From the IMG/VR virus record IMGVR_UViG_3300045988_095842: DNA of 64,000 nt; one strand, given 5' to 3'. The notes under the pieces are model-generated. The model was not told the DNA's origin. It searched no databases and saw only the letters and a program-made list of their open reading frames with translations. Source of the stretch: a virus. Made by a program: the position numbers and the translations under genes. This document shows positions 25,994 to 36,252 of the stretch, piece after piece (within the stretch, counting starts at the first letter, position 1; each line of letters starts with the position of its first letter).

Positions 25994-26635
25994 TCAACCT
26001 CCAAACGACAGGTTTTTCAGTCCAGATGCAAGCTCATGCAGAATTGATCCATTGCTTCCGGAACCAGAACTGCCAGAACCAGAATTGCCAGAACCAGTGT
26101 TCGACGATCCGGAAGATCCGGAACCACTGCTTCCGGACGATTGTGTGACGGATGCGCTTCCTGTCCCGGTTCTTCCGGTGTCCTTCTTTGTAGTACCGCC
26201 CTTTCCAAGTCCTGCAGGGATATCTACCTTTTCCGAGGATGTCGTAGTGACCTGTGTAAGAGTGATCGGGATTTCCATTGCCATCCCGATATCCTCTGAC
26301 TTCTTGAACTGCATCTGTTTGATAACCATGTTTGAGTAAGTCCGGTTGCTCGTGACCACCTCAAGCGGTTCTCTGGATGCATACTGCTTTCTCAGCTTTT
26401 CACAGGTCGCGTCGATATGCTCCTCACCGGTCCCGTGTCTGCTCGCCCATGTGATAGGCGTGGCAGTGAGATAAAGCGTCATTGTGAGCTCCATGGCATC
26501 CAGGGCCACGTTGTCACTGATACTCACGCCGTTCTCCGTCGGATACTGAGGTACAGTTGCAGACATTTGCTCCTGTCTTTCGATTACCGCATCAAACTCT
26601 GCTCCATTGATGCTGACAGGCTCTCTTGCTTTCAT
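25994..26635 (-). CDS. tail protein with a G/S-rich C-terminal linker (in the XkdP position)
   Basis: 213 aa, directly downstream of the tape measure. Contains SGSSGSGSSGSSNTGSGNSGSGSSGSGSNGS. Confidence 0.5.
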   Translation of the reverse strand: MKAREPVSINGAEFDAVIERQEQMSATVPQYPTENGVSISDNVALDAMELTMTLYLTATPITWASRHGTGEEHIDATCEKLRKQYASREPLEVVTSNRTYSNMVIKQMQFKKSEDIGMAMEIPITLTQVTTTSSEKVDIPAGLGKGGTTKKDTGRTGTGSASVTQSSGSSGSGSSGSSNTGSGNSGSGSSGSGSNGSILHELASGLKNLSFGG

Positions 26636-26638
26636 ACT

Positions 26639-28858
26639 TTACCTCCCTGCCGCCAATCCTCCGGACATCTTTGCGGTTGCGTCCTTCGAATCCTTCGTAA
26701 GCTGTTTGCTTGCCGCAACCTGGTTATCTCTCGTATCGCCATAGAACGAGTTACTGAAGCTGTTTGTCTGATAAATAGTCGCTCCGCTCTTTCCGGCAGC
26801 ACTCCGAACCGGCATGTTGGCTCCTACTCCGGAAAGTGCATATCCTGCCGCATTCAGACCGGAAAAGTCAATGTTTGACAGCCCGGCCATCGCTCCGGAA
26901 ATGATATCCACGATTTTCATCATTGCACTTTGTGTCGCAGACAGCATCCCGTCCTGTGCTTTGAATGTGCTGTTTCTGGTGTCCTTGTTGGCATTCTTGG
27001 TATCTTCCGATGCCTCAGAAACAGGAGGAAACAGCTCATCATGGAAGATATTCATTGTGCTGTCATCCACGAAATGCTTAAAGGAATTCCAGGACGCAGC
27101 CATCTTGTCACTGAATGTCGAATTGGATTGATGCTCACCATTTCCAAATACTCGGTCAACGGAATTCCATGTACGGTTGTACCCGTTCGACATCATCTTC
27201 TGACCTGCAGTCGTTGTATCGGTTCCCTGGTACTTTGACTCAAGAGCATCAATCCGGCTTTGAATTTGGTCTCTTTTCTGCCCCTTTGTGCCCTTGATAT
27301 CATGGGTAAGCTGCTTATACTCCTTTGCATCCGCATTGGACATGCGCTCCGTTCCTTTTGACGTAGCTATATTCTTTTCTCCGGACAGAGCATCGTCCGC
27401 ACCGGTGATGAAAGCAATAAATCCTGCAGCAGTCTCCGCAAGCCCTGCAATTGTTTTGAGGGCTTCTTTGATTCCAGTCAGAGTATCAAGAAGCATGTCT
27501 CCAGCATCTTTTTCTCCGAAGAACTCCGCAAGTCCGTCCGCAGCATCTCTGATATCATCGCCGAAATCAGCAAGCTTCTCCTTGGCTCCATCAAAAAATC
27601 CTTCAACAGAATCCTTGATCCCGTTCAGCGTATCCCTGACCTTCTGCTGATCACCTCCGGTAGAATCGATGATGTCTCCAAGAAGCGAATCTCTGCCTTG
27701 CATGAATGCTATAAGATCATCAAAGATAAGGAAAACCGCCGTGACCAGAAGCACCATGCCGGCAAGTTTCAGATTGACTCCTCCAAGAACCGCAGACAGA
27801 CCTCCTATTTTCGAGATCAGGCCTCCCACTTTTCCAATCAGTCCATATCCTACGATTGTCCCAATGGCGACAGACAGAAGCTTTAAGGCGTTCTCATATC
27901 CTCCGACCATATCTACGGCGCGTTTTCCTGCATCGTAGACCTTTTTCAGAAGATCCCATCCTTTTTCAAGGCCCTTGTTGATCAGGTCGTAAACCTTGGC
28001 CAGCTTTCCACCATTCGTTGCAGAATCCATCATTTTCTCTGTCAGAATTCTGATTTTGTCAGCGCCTCGCGCCAGATACGAGTTGAACGTGTAGTAAAGC
28101 GGTAGGAGTGCAGAACCGATATTCTCCTTGATGTCCTTCTGAATCGCAGAAAGATTCCTCGCCTTGGACTCATATGTGCCCATGGACAGGGCCGCATCGC
28201 CGATGACTCCATTCTCTTCACGGAACGCATCCGGAGACTGCATGACAATCGAGTGATACCTGACCTGCATCTTTGTGGCTTCGTCAAGATCCTTGAATTT
28301 CTGCTTGTATCCAAGATCCTCCATTGCCATCGCAATGGTATTATCGTTCAGAACTGCTCCAAGCCTTTTCGCACACTCAGTCTCACCCATCATAGCTTTC
28401 GATAGTGCATTAACCGCTTCGTCGTCACTAATGTTGTTGAACGATGCGATATTGATAGCCGCAGAGACCATTTCTTCCGACATACTGGCAGCCTGGTCTC
28501 TTGCCATTCCAAAACCGACCAAAAGGTTCTGCTGATCTGCAAGGTACGTTTTGATGGAATTCTTGGATCGTCCAATGGCCTCAGCAAGCTTTCCAGCCCA
28601 CCGATCCGCTTCGTCACTCAGGTCAAGGAAAACTGCGTGGAACTTCTCTTCCATCTGCTCAACCGTGGACGCTGCATTCACGGCATCCTTGGCAAAATTC
28701 GCAACTCCTGCAATGGTCAGAGTGATCCCAACTGCGCCAAGAGCCTTTTTCAATAATCCCTTTAGGGCGCTTGCTTCTGATGTGACTTTTTGTCTGGACG
28801 CTTCATCCGTCTGGAAGCCGACTGCTATCATCAGCTTTTCGATTATGTTTTCGCTCAA
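26639..28858 (-). CDS. tail tape measure protein
   Basis: 739 aa, the longest tail ORF, with internal hydrophobic/Gly-rich segments, located downstream of the chaperone pair. TTG start. Confidence 0.8.
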   Translation of the reverse strand: MSENIIEKLMIAVGFQTDEASRQKVTSEASALKGLLKKALGAVGITLTIAGVANFAKDAVNAASTVEQMEEKFHAVFLDLSDEADRWAGKLAEAIGRSKNSIKTYLADQQNLLVGFGMARDQAASMSEEMVSAAINIASFNNISDDEAVNALSKAMMGETECAKRLGAVLNDNTIAMAMEDLGYKQKFKDLDEATKMQVRYHSIVMQSPDAFREENGVIGDAALSMGTYESKARNLSAIQKDIKENIGSALLPLYYTFNSYLARGADKIRILTEKMMDSATNGGKLAKVYDLINKGLEKGWDLLKKVYDAGKRAVDMVGGYENALKLLSVAIGTIVGYGLIGKVGGLISKIGGLSAVLGGVNLKLAGMVLLVTAVFLIFDDLIAFMQGRDSLLGDIIDSTGGDQQKVRDTLNGIKDSVEGFFDGAKEKLADFGDDIRDAADGLAEFFGEKDAGDMLLDTLTGIKEALKTIAGLAETAAGFIAFITGADDALSGEKNIATSKGTERMSNADAKEYKQLTHDIKGTKGQKRDQIQSRIDALESKYQGTDTTTAGQKMMSNGYNRTWNSVDRVFGNGEHQSNSTFSDKMAASWNSFKHFVDDSTMNIFHDELFPPVSEASEDTKNANKDTRNSTFKAQDGMLSATQSAMMKIVDIISGAMAGLSNIDFSGLNAAGYALSGVGANMPVRSAAGKSGATIYQTNSFSNSFYGDTRDNQVAASKQLTKDSKDATAKMSGGLAAGR

Positions 28859-29127
28859 TGGCGTTCACTCCTTTCCCTGAACTTCGTTGCGTCAATTGCT
28901 TCGATGTCCTGCCTCATGGACATTAGCGCATAAAGCTTCAACGCCTCGCTCAGCGTATAGTATTCCTTCAGTTCCTGCATGCTTGCATAGCCGTTCTGAA
29001 TAAGCTGGTACATTCTAAGCTCTAAAGGATAGAAACAGTCTCCTCGGAATCTCCCATACTGTTCGAGATCCGGTTCTTCGATGCGGCCTGTCGGCTCCCA
29101 AATTGGCTCAGAATTCCAGTAAAAAAA
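28855..29127 (-). CDS. -1 frame extension of the tail assembly chaperone (gpT-like part of a G/GT pair)
   Basis: The -1 frame is open from the T7 slippery run (A7 on the plus strand, 29121-29127) down to the stop at 28855. Confidence 0.5.
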   Translation of the reverse strand, partial: FFYWNSEPIWEPTGRIEEPDLEQYGRFRGDCFYPLELRMYQLIQNGYASMQELKEYYTLSEALKLYALMSMRQDIEAIDATKFRERSERH

Positions 29128-29579
29128 TCTGCGAAATTCAGCTTCACCACATCGAGTGCAAGCATCAGCATGCTGTCAAGTCTTCCGATAAAAAGTTCAT
29201 CCAGAAGGCTTCTTGTAAGCTTTTCCTGCTTGCGAACGCCGGTTACTTCGTCGCTGTATTCGCAATTTATATTTCCATACTTGATCAGGAGCTCCGTGAG
29301 GATCTTCTGTACATTCTCTCCGCTAAGGGTTGATAATGCCACATTCAAAGACGGAAGAAGCTCTTCATTTGACATGGACAGCATCCTGTCAATGGAATTC
29401 TCTCCGATCTCTTCTACGCTATCCCCTCCTCCGATAATCGGAATAACCCCGGCAATGATCGGCCCAACAAACTGGGCCAAATCGCCGGAAATCATTGCCG
29501 CTGTCATCGCAGGAAAAGGAAAGATTGCAAAATCAATACCGTCATATGTCACCGTTGTAGGTGTGATGGATTTCAGCAT
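29022..29579 (-). CDS. tail assembly chaperone (gpG-like)
   Basis: 185 aa, located between the tube and tape measure genes. Confidence 0.6.
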   Translation of the reverse strand: MLKSITPTTVTYDGIDFAIFPFPAMTAAMISGDLAQFVGPIIAGVIPIIGGGDSVEEIGENSIDRMLSMSNEELLPSLNVALSTLSGENVQKILTELLIKYGNINCEYSDEVTGVRKQEKLTRSLLDELFIGRLDSMLMLALDVVKLNFADFFTGILSQFGSRQAASKNRISNSMGDSEETVSIL

Positions 29580-29602
29580 ATCTGCTCCTCTCTGTTATAG
29601 CT

Positions 29603-30022
29603 TTACTCGTTATCGAACTTCGCCTCTGCCACAGAGAGCGTCCATTCGCGGTTAGTTGTCTCTTTTCCTCTTCCCCAGGTTCCCATTTTCTGTACCCAGC
29701 AGAAATCAGAGGAAAACTTCTCCTTTCCCATCAGATCCTTGATAAGAATCGGAAAATGACCGGATCCGTCTTCCTTGTCTTTCTTCCGCATGGCTTCGAG
29801 GAACGCACTGGTCGGGGAATTCTGCAGAAGAGCAAGCGTGATGGTGTATCCATCATCGACGGAGATTGCACGATTAACCTCTCCATCACATCCGGTCTTC
29901 TTTGATACGTCATCTCCATCGGCATCAATCTTGATGAAAGAGTCATCCGCATATCCGGAAACAATGTGGTTCCCCAGCGCAATAATGCACTGCTTTGGAT
30001 TATATGTATAAGGTGCAGCCAT
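29603..30022 (-). CDS. tail tube protein (DUF3277-like)
   Basis: Contains KQCIIALGNHIVSGYADDSFIKI...DGEV...GYTITLALLQNSPTSAFL. Confidence 0.6.
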   Translation of the reverse strand: MAAPYTYNPKQCIIALGNHIVSGYADDSFIKIDADGDDVSKKTGCDGEVNRAISVDDGYTITLALLQNSPTSAFLEAMRKKDKEDGSGHFPILIKDLMGKEKFSSDFCWVQKMGTWGRGKETTNREWTLSVAEAKFDNE

Positions 30023-30034
30023 AATTCAACCTCC

Positions 30035-31105
30035 TTAGTAAGTCAGTGTTCCCTTGATGTAGGCCAGGTTAATTGCTCCAGTAAGTCGCGCTGTAAATGT
30101 CACGTTGCGAAGTGTTCTTGACTTCTTTTCAGCTTTCGAGATTGAAGATGCTCTTGGGACAACAACTTCGTATCCTTTCGTTTTATTTCCGTTTTCATCG
30201 GTGATATCGTTGTCGATTGCCCCGTTTTTCTGTGCTGTTCTAAGCACTTCCTCAATCCTGTTCTGTATTCCGGTGATTCCCTTGTCCGTATACGGAACCT
30301 TTTTACTGGCCACCAGGTACGAAAAAACATTGTCTCTGATTTCGGATACCAGCCAATCACGAAGTCGGATAATATCGATCCATTCACCGGTACCGACCTT
30401 TGCCCCCATTACAATGTCCTTCCCGCCAACTGTTACGTAGTATCCGGAAGGTATCTTGTTAAGCTCTGCAATCTTTGCATTTGTCAGGTTGGACGCAGAG
30501 ATGCCTGACAGAGTTCTGTAATACCAATTCACAGATCCAGGATCATACCCGAAGCACTTTGCCATCAGAGCAAGAGCACTGTATTCGGCATCCGTATTCT
30601 CTTCCTTGCCTGTGTAATACATGGCGAAAGTGCGATTGTAGGATGTGATGTCCACCGGAATCTCCGAGCCGGTCCAGCTAAAGCCAAACAGCTTGTTGTT
30701 GGCTTCGGCCCATGTTGCTGCCGCCTTCGTGTCTGTTCCTTCATTGAACCCCACAAGAGCAAATCCGTACCATCCAGTTTCAGAAGTCGCTCTCTCCAGA
30801 GTTGTTGCAATCGGCTCATTCGTTGCATCACTGTCACCAGCCTGCCGTACGGTCACATAGACCTTCTCCGGTCTTGGATCCTGTGCAAAGGCAATCAGCG
30901 CAGCCTTATATGCCTCAGACTCTTCCGTGTATCCGTAGTCCGCAAGATCTGATGCACTGGAGATCTCTGCGACAGTCGGGATTGTTATACTTCCGGCATT
31001 TTCAGCCTTCGGCACAACAAGCAGAAGTGCAGAAAAAGAAGCACTCGGATTCATCGGCGCTTCAATCGAAATCTGCACATTTACAATGCTGTCAATATTG
31101 CTCAT
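30035..31105 (-). CDS. tail sheath protein (DUF3383-like)
   Basis: 356 aa, immediately upstream of the tube gene. Confidence 0.65.
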   Translation of the reverse strand: MSNIDSIVNVQISIEAPMNPSASFSALLLVVPKAENAGSITIPTVAEISSASDLADYGYTEESEAYKAALIAFAQDPRPEKVYVTVRQAGDSDATNEPIATTLERATSETGWYGFALVGFNEGTDTKAAATWAEANNKLFGFSWTGSEIPVDITSYNRTFAMYYTGKEENTDAEYSALALMAKCFGYDPGSVNWYYRTLSGISASNLTNAKIAELNKIPSGYYVTVGGKDIVMGAKVGTGEWIDIIRLRDWLVSEIRDNVFSYLVASKKVPYTDKGITGIQNRIEEVLRTAQKNGAIDNDITDENGNKTKGYEVVVPRASSISKAEKKSRTLRNVTFTARLTGAINLAYIKGTLTY

Positions 31106-31123
31106 TCAATTCCTCCTTATTTA

Positions 31124-31708
31124 TCATTCAGACCCCGCGTCTGTTACATCCACGTACTCAATCGTGTAGGGATCTGTGTACATGTCCTTATTTCCGCCCC
31201 CGCTTGCGTTAGGAAGCGTTTTGCCGTTCTGACCATAATCTCCATAGGCTGTGTCTGTAATGCGCACAGAGAGCCCTACCATGGCCCTGTACTGGTACTG
31301 TGCTTCACGGATCAGCGCAGACAGATCTCTTGGGGCCGAAGTGACGGTGATAGCCATTCTGTGCTCCATCTGATATCCCTGTCCTTCTTCCGAATCCAGA
31401 TAGTCCAGGAAGTCCGTCAAATCGCTCAGCGAGGTATTCTCGCAGACAATCGCGCTTCCTCCGATGCTTCTTCCCTTCGTGTACAAATTCAGATCAACGC
31501 TCAGAACGATGTCTCTGTATGCCACGCAGTACCCGTCATCATCCATCGTGATGTTTTCATTGGCCTGTCTGGTCATTCCGGTGAACTGGAGTGTCACATA
31601 CGGCTCCGGAAGCTTTGCCATTTTTTGTCCGGCATAAAAAACGTGGCCCTTACCGAAGTAGAAGGCCACCATTTCTCTCAGCTTGTGCTGTGCATCTTCA
31701 ATTTTCAT
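31124..31708 (-). CDS. tail completion / terminator-like protein
   Basis: The likely start MKIEDAQHK overlaps the upstream stop. Confidence 0.5.
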   Translation of the reverse strand: MKIEDAQHKLREMVAFYFGKGHVFYAGQKMAKLPEPYVTLQFTGMTRQANENITMDDDGYCVAYRDIVLSVDLNLYTKGRSIGGSAIVCENTSLSDLTDFLDYLDSEEGQGYQMEHRMAITVTSAPRDLSALIREAQYQYRAMVGLSVRITDTAYGDYGQNGKTLPNASGGGNKDMYTDPYTIEYVDVTDAGSE

Positions 31709-32067
31709 ATTCCCTCCGGAGGATCGCCAGCATTCGTGCATTCCACGAACGTGCTTGTCCAATGCTTCAGGAAAGTATTTTCGCTCAGTCTGGACGATCT
31801 GCACTCGAACCACTTCCCCTGAAACCAGATCCGGTCTCCAAGGTTTCCATTCTCTGATGCAACCTTCATCTCACAGTCTGTGAACACCTTGATCTTCTGC
31901 AGCCCAATATCACCATCCAGTCCGGTTGACACCGAATTGTCCATTGTCTGCACATCCGCAAGCATGTAAAGATCCTCAAAGGCCGGCACGTTGTAGCCAT
32001 CCGCCTCTACGGTTCCTGTGCATCGCCTGATCAGCCTTTTCTTTTTCCAAAGTGGTAAACCCATCAT
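31705..32067 (-). CDS. head-tail joining protein (hypothetical)
   Basis: 120 aa ORF. Confidence 0.5.
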   Translation of the reverse strand: MMGLPLWKKKRLIRRCTGTVEADGYNVPAFEDLYMLADVQTMDNSVSTGLDGDIGLQKIKVFTDCEMKVASENGNLGDRIWFQGKWFECRSSRLSENTFLKHWTSTFVECTNAGDPPEGI

Positions 32068-32555
32068 TCCTCCTTCGGCGTGATCTCGTAAACGATGCTC
32101 TGTCTCATGTGTCCGGTATCAATCAGGGGCTTGCTTGATCCTTTATGTGCCACTGTAGACGGCGCATTCGGCTCAAATTCGCCATCTCGGATCTCTGCCT
32201 GCATTCTTCCCTTCACGTATGATCCGATGCCATTCAGGGCCATCTGAGCGCTCATGGAGCCAGTCACAACGCCTTTCGCCCGGTTCTGCACAAACTTTGT
32301 AATCTTTTCGCGCTGGTTTGTAAGTGTCTGCCGCATAAAAGGTCTGGACGGAGAATGCTCTGTACCGAACTCGTTCCATGCAGCAACCTGAGCAACCGAT
32401 ACGCCATCAACCTTCTTCCGCTTACCCTTCACCTTGACTTTATATGGCTTAGAACTGTCATTAAAGCCAACATTGACCTGAAGTGCTGCAAGCTCTTCCA
32501 GGTTCCTTTTCAGTGCTGCGCCGGCAGCCGTTTCTTTCCCGCCAAACATTGTCAA
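32064..32555 (-). CDS. HK97 gp10-like head-tail protein
   Basis: Contains VAQVAAWNEFGTEHSPSRPFMRQTL. Confidence 0.55.
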   Translation of the reverse strand: MTMFGGKETAAGAALKRNLEELAALQVNVGFNDSSKPYKVKVKGKRKKVDGVSVAQVAAWNEFGTEHSPSRPFMRQTLTNQREKITKFVQNRAKGVVTGSMSAQMALNGIGSYVKGRMQAEIRDGEFEPNAPSTVAHKGSSKPLIDTGHMRQSIVYEITPKEE

Positions 32556-32560
32556 TCACC

Positions 32561-32998
32561 TCAATATCCAGGAATCGGTTCCCCTGCAGAAACAATCGGG
32601 ATGATTGCATTCCGCTTCAGTGTCAGAAACTCAATTCCGTAGATCGTAAGACCATACTCAGACTCGGCATCTGCGGTAGAAACCACACTTCCAAATGAAA
32701 CAGAAGTCTCACCCTCTGATGCAGAAGAAACGCGGAGGGCAGCTCCCATGGACCCAAAGCCATCATCCTCGCCCTTATCCATCATCTTCAGCTTGTGTGC
32801 TGTCAGATAGGCAAGAGCCTTCGTATAGGACTTTCCGAAGCGTTTCTCAGATATCTGATCGTGGAATAAGTCGATGTAGGTCTTTACTCCGTACTCGGTT
32901 CTGTCATCCTGCGGAGTGTCTTCATCTGGGATGTGAGCAAACTCACCGGCAACGATCCGAAAAATTTTAAGCGTTTCGTTCAAAGTCTTTTCGTCCAC
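32561..32998 (-). CDS. head-tail connector (DUF4054-like)
   Basis: Contains ...ALAYLTAHKLKMM... Confidence 0.5.
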   Translation of the reverse strand: MDEKTLNETLKIFRIVAGEFAHIPDEDTPQDDRTEYGVKTYIDLFHDQISEKRFGKSYTKALAYLTAHKLKMMDKGEDDGFGSMGAALRVSSASEGETSVSFGSVVSTADAESEYGLTIYGIEFLTLKRNAIIPIVSAGEPIPGY

Positions 32999-33058
32999 TG
33001 TTTCCTCCCATCAATACAAATGGGCCTGCCGGCATTCCAGCAGACCCTATCGTTTGTG

Positions 33059-33325
33059 TCAGAGAACTTCCTTCGGCTTTCTGCCGCGGGGCTTCTTAAC
33101 CTCTTCGACGCTCTCCGCTGTCTCTACAGTGCTCTCCGCAGCCTCTTCAACACTATCAGTATCGGTCTCCTCGATCTCTGCCAGACCGCAGTCTTCAAGC
33201 GTCTTCACGACAGTCTTCATATCATTTTCAACCATAACGGACTCATCAGGAAGGATGGAGACGTTCTCCCCATCCTCCCCTCTGAATCCAACCACCTTGT
33301 TACTTGTGTTCGTTACCTTCAGCAT
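33059..33325 (-). CDS. small acidic head-module protein
   Basis: 88 aa ORF. Confidence 0.5.
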   Translation of the reverse strand: MLKVTNTSNKVVGFRGEDGENVSILPDESVMVENDMKTVVKTLEDCGLAEIEETDTDSVEEAAESTVETAESVEEVKKPRGRKPKEVL

Positions 33326-33347
33326 AGGGTCTACTCCTTTTCTGTAA

Positions 33348-34376
33348 TCAGATACCAGGGATGATCATCAGGGACATCGGATAGTAAATCACCGCTCCTG
33401 CATGTCTCTCCTCGCAGGGAACCTCGATCTCAAGTCCCTTCGGCTGTGCAGTGTACTGATAGAACTGCATCGGAACCTCGATTGTGAACTTCCTGGGATC
33501 CTTCTTGTACAGAAGACCAACGTTCTTCTTGTACGGATTCGTTGTAACCGATCCAGCTTCCAGCTCATTTGCCTTGTCGAAGGTAAGATCCGGGAAAGCA
33601 TCCTTGATGTACTGCCAGAGCGTGGTAGCCGTGCCTTCAATTCTCTTCGAAGAGAGATTGATAATGACGGACGGAGGAAGGAGCAGTGTGTCCGGAACCT
33701 CAACATTCTGCGTGGTCGTTGCCATCAGGCTGAGTGCACCGCTGATATCTGCTACGATCTCGTCTGCGGTCTTCTTGTTCCATGCAGTCGAAGATCCATC
33801 TGCAGCAGCCTTTCCTGCGGTGAATACCGGAATGTTGTTCGTATCCGTAAGGACGCCCATCAGTCCAGCATCCTTATCTCCAGCCCATGCGATTTCGTTT
33901 GCCTTACGGTCAATCGCATACTTGGCAGCCTCGCCTCTTCTGGTATCCAGAGACTTGCCTGCCATTCTGGATGCTCGCATGTCCTGCATGGAGTAGCCGT
34001 AAGAGTCACCAATGGACTTGATATTCGAAGTGGTGGGCTTGCCCTTTACATCAGCTCTCGGAAGATCGGTTGCGTAGTTCGAAATAATCTTTGCAAAGCC
34101 GGTCTTCTCGAAGCTGTAGTAGGTGATCGACTCTGCACCAGGATTAACCTCGTGAGAAATCGGGAAGTGCTTTTCAGCAGTGAACTCCGGATGCAGAACG
34201 TCATAGGTCTCTGCCTTTACAAAATCCAGTTCTCTTGCGAAGAAGATAGATGCGTCCTCCGCAGAATCAAAGCGGAGAGAATCACCGACAAGTCCTTTCG
34301 GGATGCTGGAATTCATAATTGCCTTTGCATCAGCCTCATCGTAAGACTGAGACGGCATGTTCGGGTTATATTTCAT
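33348..34376 (-). CDS. major capsid protein (DUF2184-like, HK97 fold)
   Basis: 342 aa. Contains ITYYSFEKTGFAKIISNYATDLPRADV...SYGYSMQDMRAS... Confidence 0.75.
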   Translation of the reverse strand: MKYNPNMPSQSYDEADAKAIMNSSIPKGLVGDSLRFDSAEDASIFFARELDFVKAETYDVLHPEFTAEKHFPISHEVNPGAESITYYSFEKTGFAKIISNYATDLPRADVKGKPTTSNIKSIGDSYGYSMQDMRASRMAGKSLDTRRGEAAKYAIDRKANEIAWAGDKDAGLMGVLTDTNNIPVFTAGKAAADGSSTAWNKKTADEIVADISGALSLMATTTQNVEVPDTLLLPPSVIINLSSKRIEGTATTLWQYIKDAFPDLTFDKANELEAGSVTTNPYKKNVGLLYKKDPRKFTIEVPMQFYQYTAQPKGLEIEVPCEERHAGAVIYYPMSLMIIPGI

Positions 34377-34399
34377 TTCGTATTACCTCCTCTATTACC

Positions 34400-34909
34400 T
34401 TAGTTTTCTCCGGATGCCTTTGCCGCAGCCGCTGCCGCTTCTGCGTTGTACAGAAGGACAGGAGCAATGCCATCCTCGGAAACACCAATAAATCTTCCTG
34501 CAATGGCGATATTGCCCGATTCTGCGTTCGTGAGCAGTCCTGCCTTATCTCCCGTTGCAATGACGTAGGGCTTGTCGTTGACGGCAATGGTTACAGTATC
34601 ATCTACTCTCGCCCATACCTTGCCGGTACGAAGAACAGAGAATGCCTCGCCCTTGTCAATCACAACGGCGCCCTTGTTGTCCATCTCGTGAGCCTTGCTT
34701 ACTACAATGCCCTCGATGAAGTCGGATGCCGCCGCTGGAACCTTCACACCGGTTCCAGCAGAAGTGCCGGCCGCAACTGCCATGCCGAACTTGATCTTTC
34801 CAGACTCAGCCTCAGAGACCCTGGTGTTGCACTCATAAGGGCTGATATCAAAAAGGCCGCCCGGAACTCCGGACGGCGTAGCGTAACCATATTTCATCTG
34901 TGCTGCCAT
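34400..34909 (-). CDS. capsid decoration/cement protein (DUF2190-like)
   Basis: 169 aa, located between the scaffold/protease and capsid genes. Confidence 0.5.
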   Translation of the reverse strand: MAAQMKYGYATPSGVPGGLFDISPYECNTRVSEAESGKIKFGMAVAAGTSAGTGVKVPAAASDFIEGIVVSKAHEMDNKGAVVIDKGEAFSVLRTGKVWARVDDTVTIAVNDKPYVIATGDKAGLLTNAESGNIAIAGRFIGVSEDGIAPVLLYNAEAAAAAAKASGEN

Positions 34910-36186
34910 TACTGATTACCTCCTTCTCTTGCAATCATTCTTTCTCTCGCTGCCTGTGCAGCAGTAAGTCCAATGGGGCGAGAATCTGCTGAATCGTGAT
35001 TCAGCTTTCCAGCCATCTGCATGCGCTGGTAGTTCACGTCCTTCTTTCCAGGAACCGAGTTTTCAACTGCATACTGGAATGCATAGTTGATATATCCCTT
35101 GGACTTTCCATCAAGACGAACGTTCGGATTAACCTTTTTGATAACTCTCTTCTTGATCTCAAGGTTTGAAAGATTATCAACATCGTCCAGATTCAGACGA
35201 TCCGCAATTCTGAGGATAGATACTCTCTCTCGGATTCTCTTATCTACAGAGTCCGCATTCATTGCCTCCTTGTCATCGGTGTCGTCATCTCCATCCTTGT
35301 TTTCCTTGGAAAGATCATTCTTTGCCTGGATCTCATCAATGGAATCCAGAAGTGTCTGAATATCCTTATCCTGCTCGTCAAGCTTCTTGGTTGCCTCTTC
35401 CAGAGTCTTCGGATCTTCATCCGCATCTTTCCTGTCTCTGCGATCTCTGACCATCTTGATCTTGTCTTCCGGAGTCTCAGGATTATCTCCATCCTTGTTT
35501 TCCTTCTGATCATCAAGGCCAGTCTGATCATCTCCGTCCTGCTCCTGCAGCCCCTTGATACCCTTTGCATACTCATCAGGGCTGATCGGCTCACCATCTT
35601 TTCGGGTGTGTCTCATTGCATGTCCTCCTTTTGCTAATGTGTTTGCGTCTCTATCTTTACCGTCGATGTTCAGACGGGCACTGTCTCCCGCCCTCGCTTC
35701 GGCGACTAAAGCCAAGTGATTGATGCGGATATTTCTCTGTATCGCATCGTAGTGTTCTCCCTGGTATTCTCCGGGCGTATTATCAATGTCGAGGTTGTAT
35801 CCAAGTGACAGTTCTTTCAGGCCGCTTTCCTTCATGCTGTCGACATCATGGATAACAATCTTTGCCCTCACTGACTCACCATCCTGATATCCAGGTTCCA
35901 GGATGGTTCCGATTTCCTCGTCCGTTACATTTTCCGTATTCACATATCCGGCATCGTGCGTCACAATCACAGGTTTTCCTGCATAGGAAGCCAGGGAATC
36001 CGGATTAAATACCTCATCCGGCGGTCTGAACTCTCTTCTGACGGATCCATCTGGATTGTGATACTCAAATATGCCAATCCTGGTCACGATCGGATGATCA
36101 ATCAGATATCCCTCTTTCGTGAAATAGGTCAGATCATTGGCATCCAACCGGATCACGTCCGTTCGGCGTAAATTCTTGATTTTCAT
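34909..36186 (-). CDS. prohead protease/scaffold protein (DUF2213-like) with an acidic coiled C-terminal half
   Basis: Contains LSLGYNLDIDNTPGEYQGEHYDAIQRNIRINHLALVAEARAG. A GGAGGAAAG RBS precedes the ATG at 36186. Confidence 0.6.
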   Translation of the reverse strand: MKIKNLRRTDVIRLDANDLTYFTKEGYLIDHPIVTRIGIFEYHNPDGSVRREFRPPDEVFNPDSLASYAGKPVIVTHDAGYVNTENVTDEEIGTILEPGYQDGESVRAKIVIHDVDSMKESGLKELSLGYNLDIDNTPGEYQGEHYDAIQRNIRINHLALVAEARAGDSARLNIDGKDRDANTLAKGGHAMRHTRKDGEPISPDEYAKGIKGLQEQDGDDQTGLDDQKENKDGDNPETPEDKIKMVRDRRDRKDADEDPKTLEEATKKLDEQDKDIQTLLDSIDEIQAKNDLSKENKDGDDDTDDKEAMNADSVDKRIRERVSILRIADRLNLDDVDNLSNLEIKKRVIKKVNPNVRLDGKSKGYINYAFQYAVENSVPGKKDVNYQRMQMAGKLNHDSADSRPIGLTAAQAARERMIAREGGNQ

Positions 36187-36210
36187 CTTTCCTCCATCAA
36201 AAATTGCAAC

Positions 36211-36252
36211 AAAAAAAGAGCCTGAACACATTTCTGTGTCTAAGCTCTTTTT
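36211..36252. terminator. hairpin terminator between the effector island and the scaffold gene
   Basis: Hairpin AGAGCCTGAACACA-TTTC-TGTGTCTAAGCTCT, flanked by A7 and T5. Confidence 0.45.

Noticed and set aside
26040-26135. Short-period DNA repeats (ccagaac/ccggaa units) that could be mistaken for a tandem repeat or CRISPR-like array.
   Set aside because: They lie inside ORF 25994..26635 and simply encode a Gly/Ser-rich linker (SGSSGSGSSGSS...). They have no unique spacers and no hairpin repeat structure.
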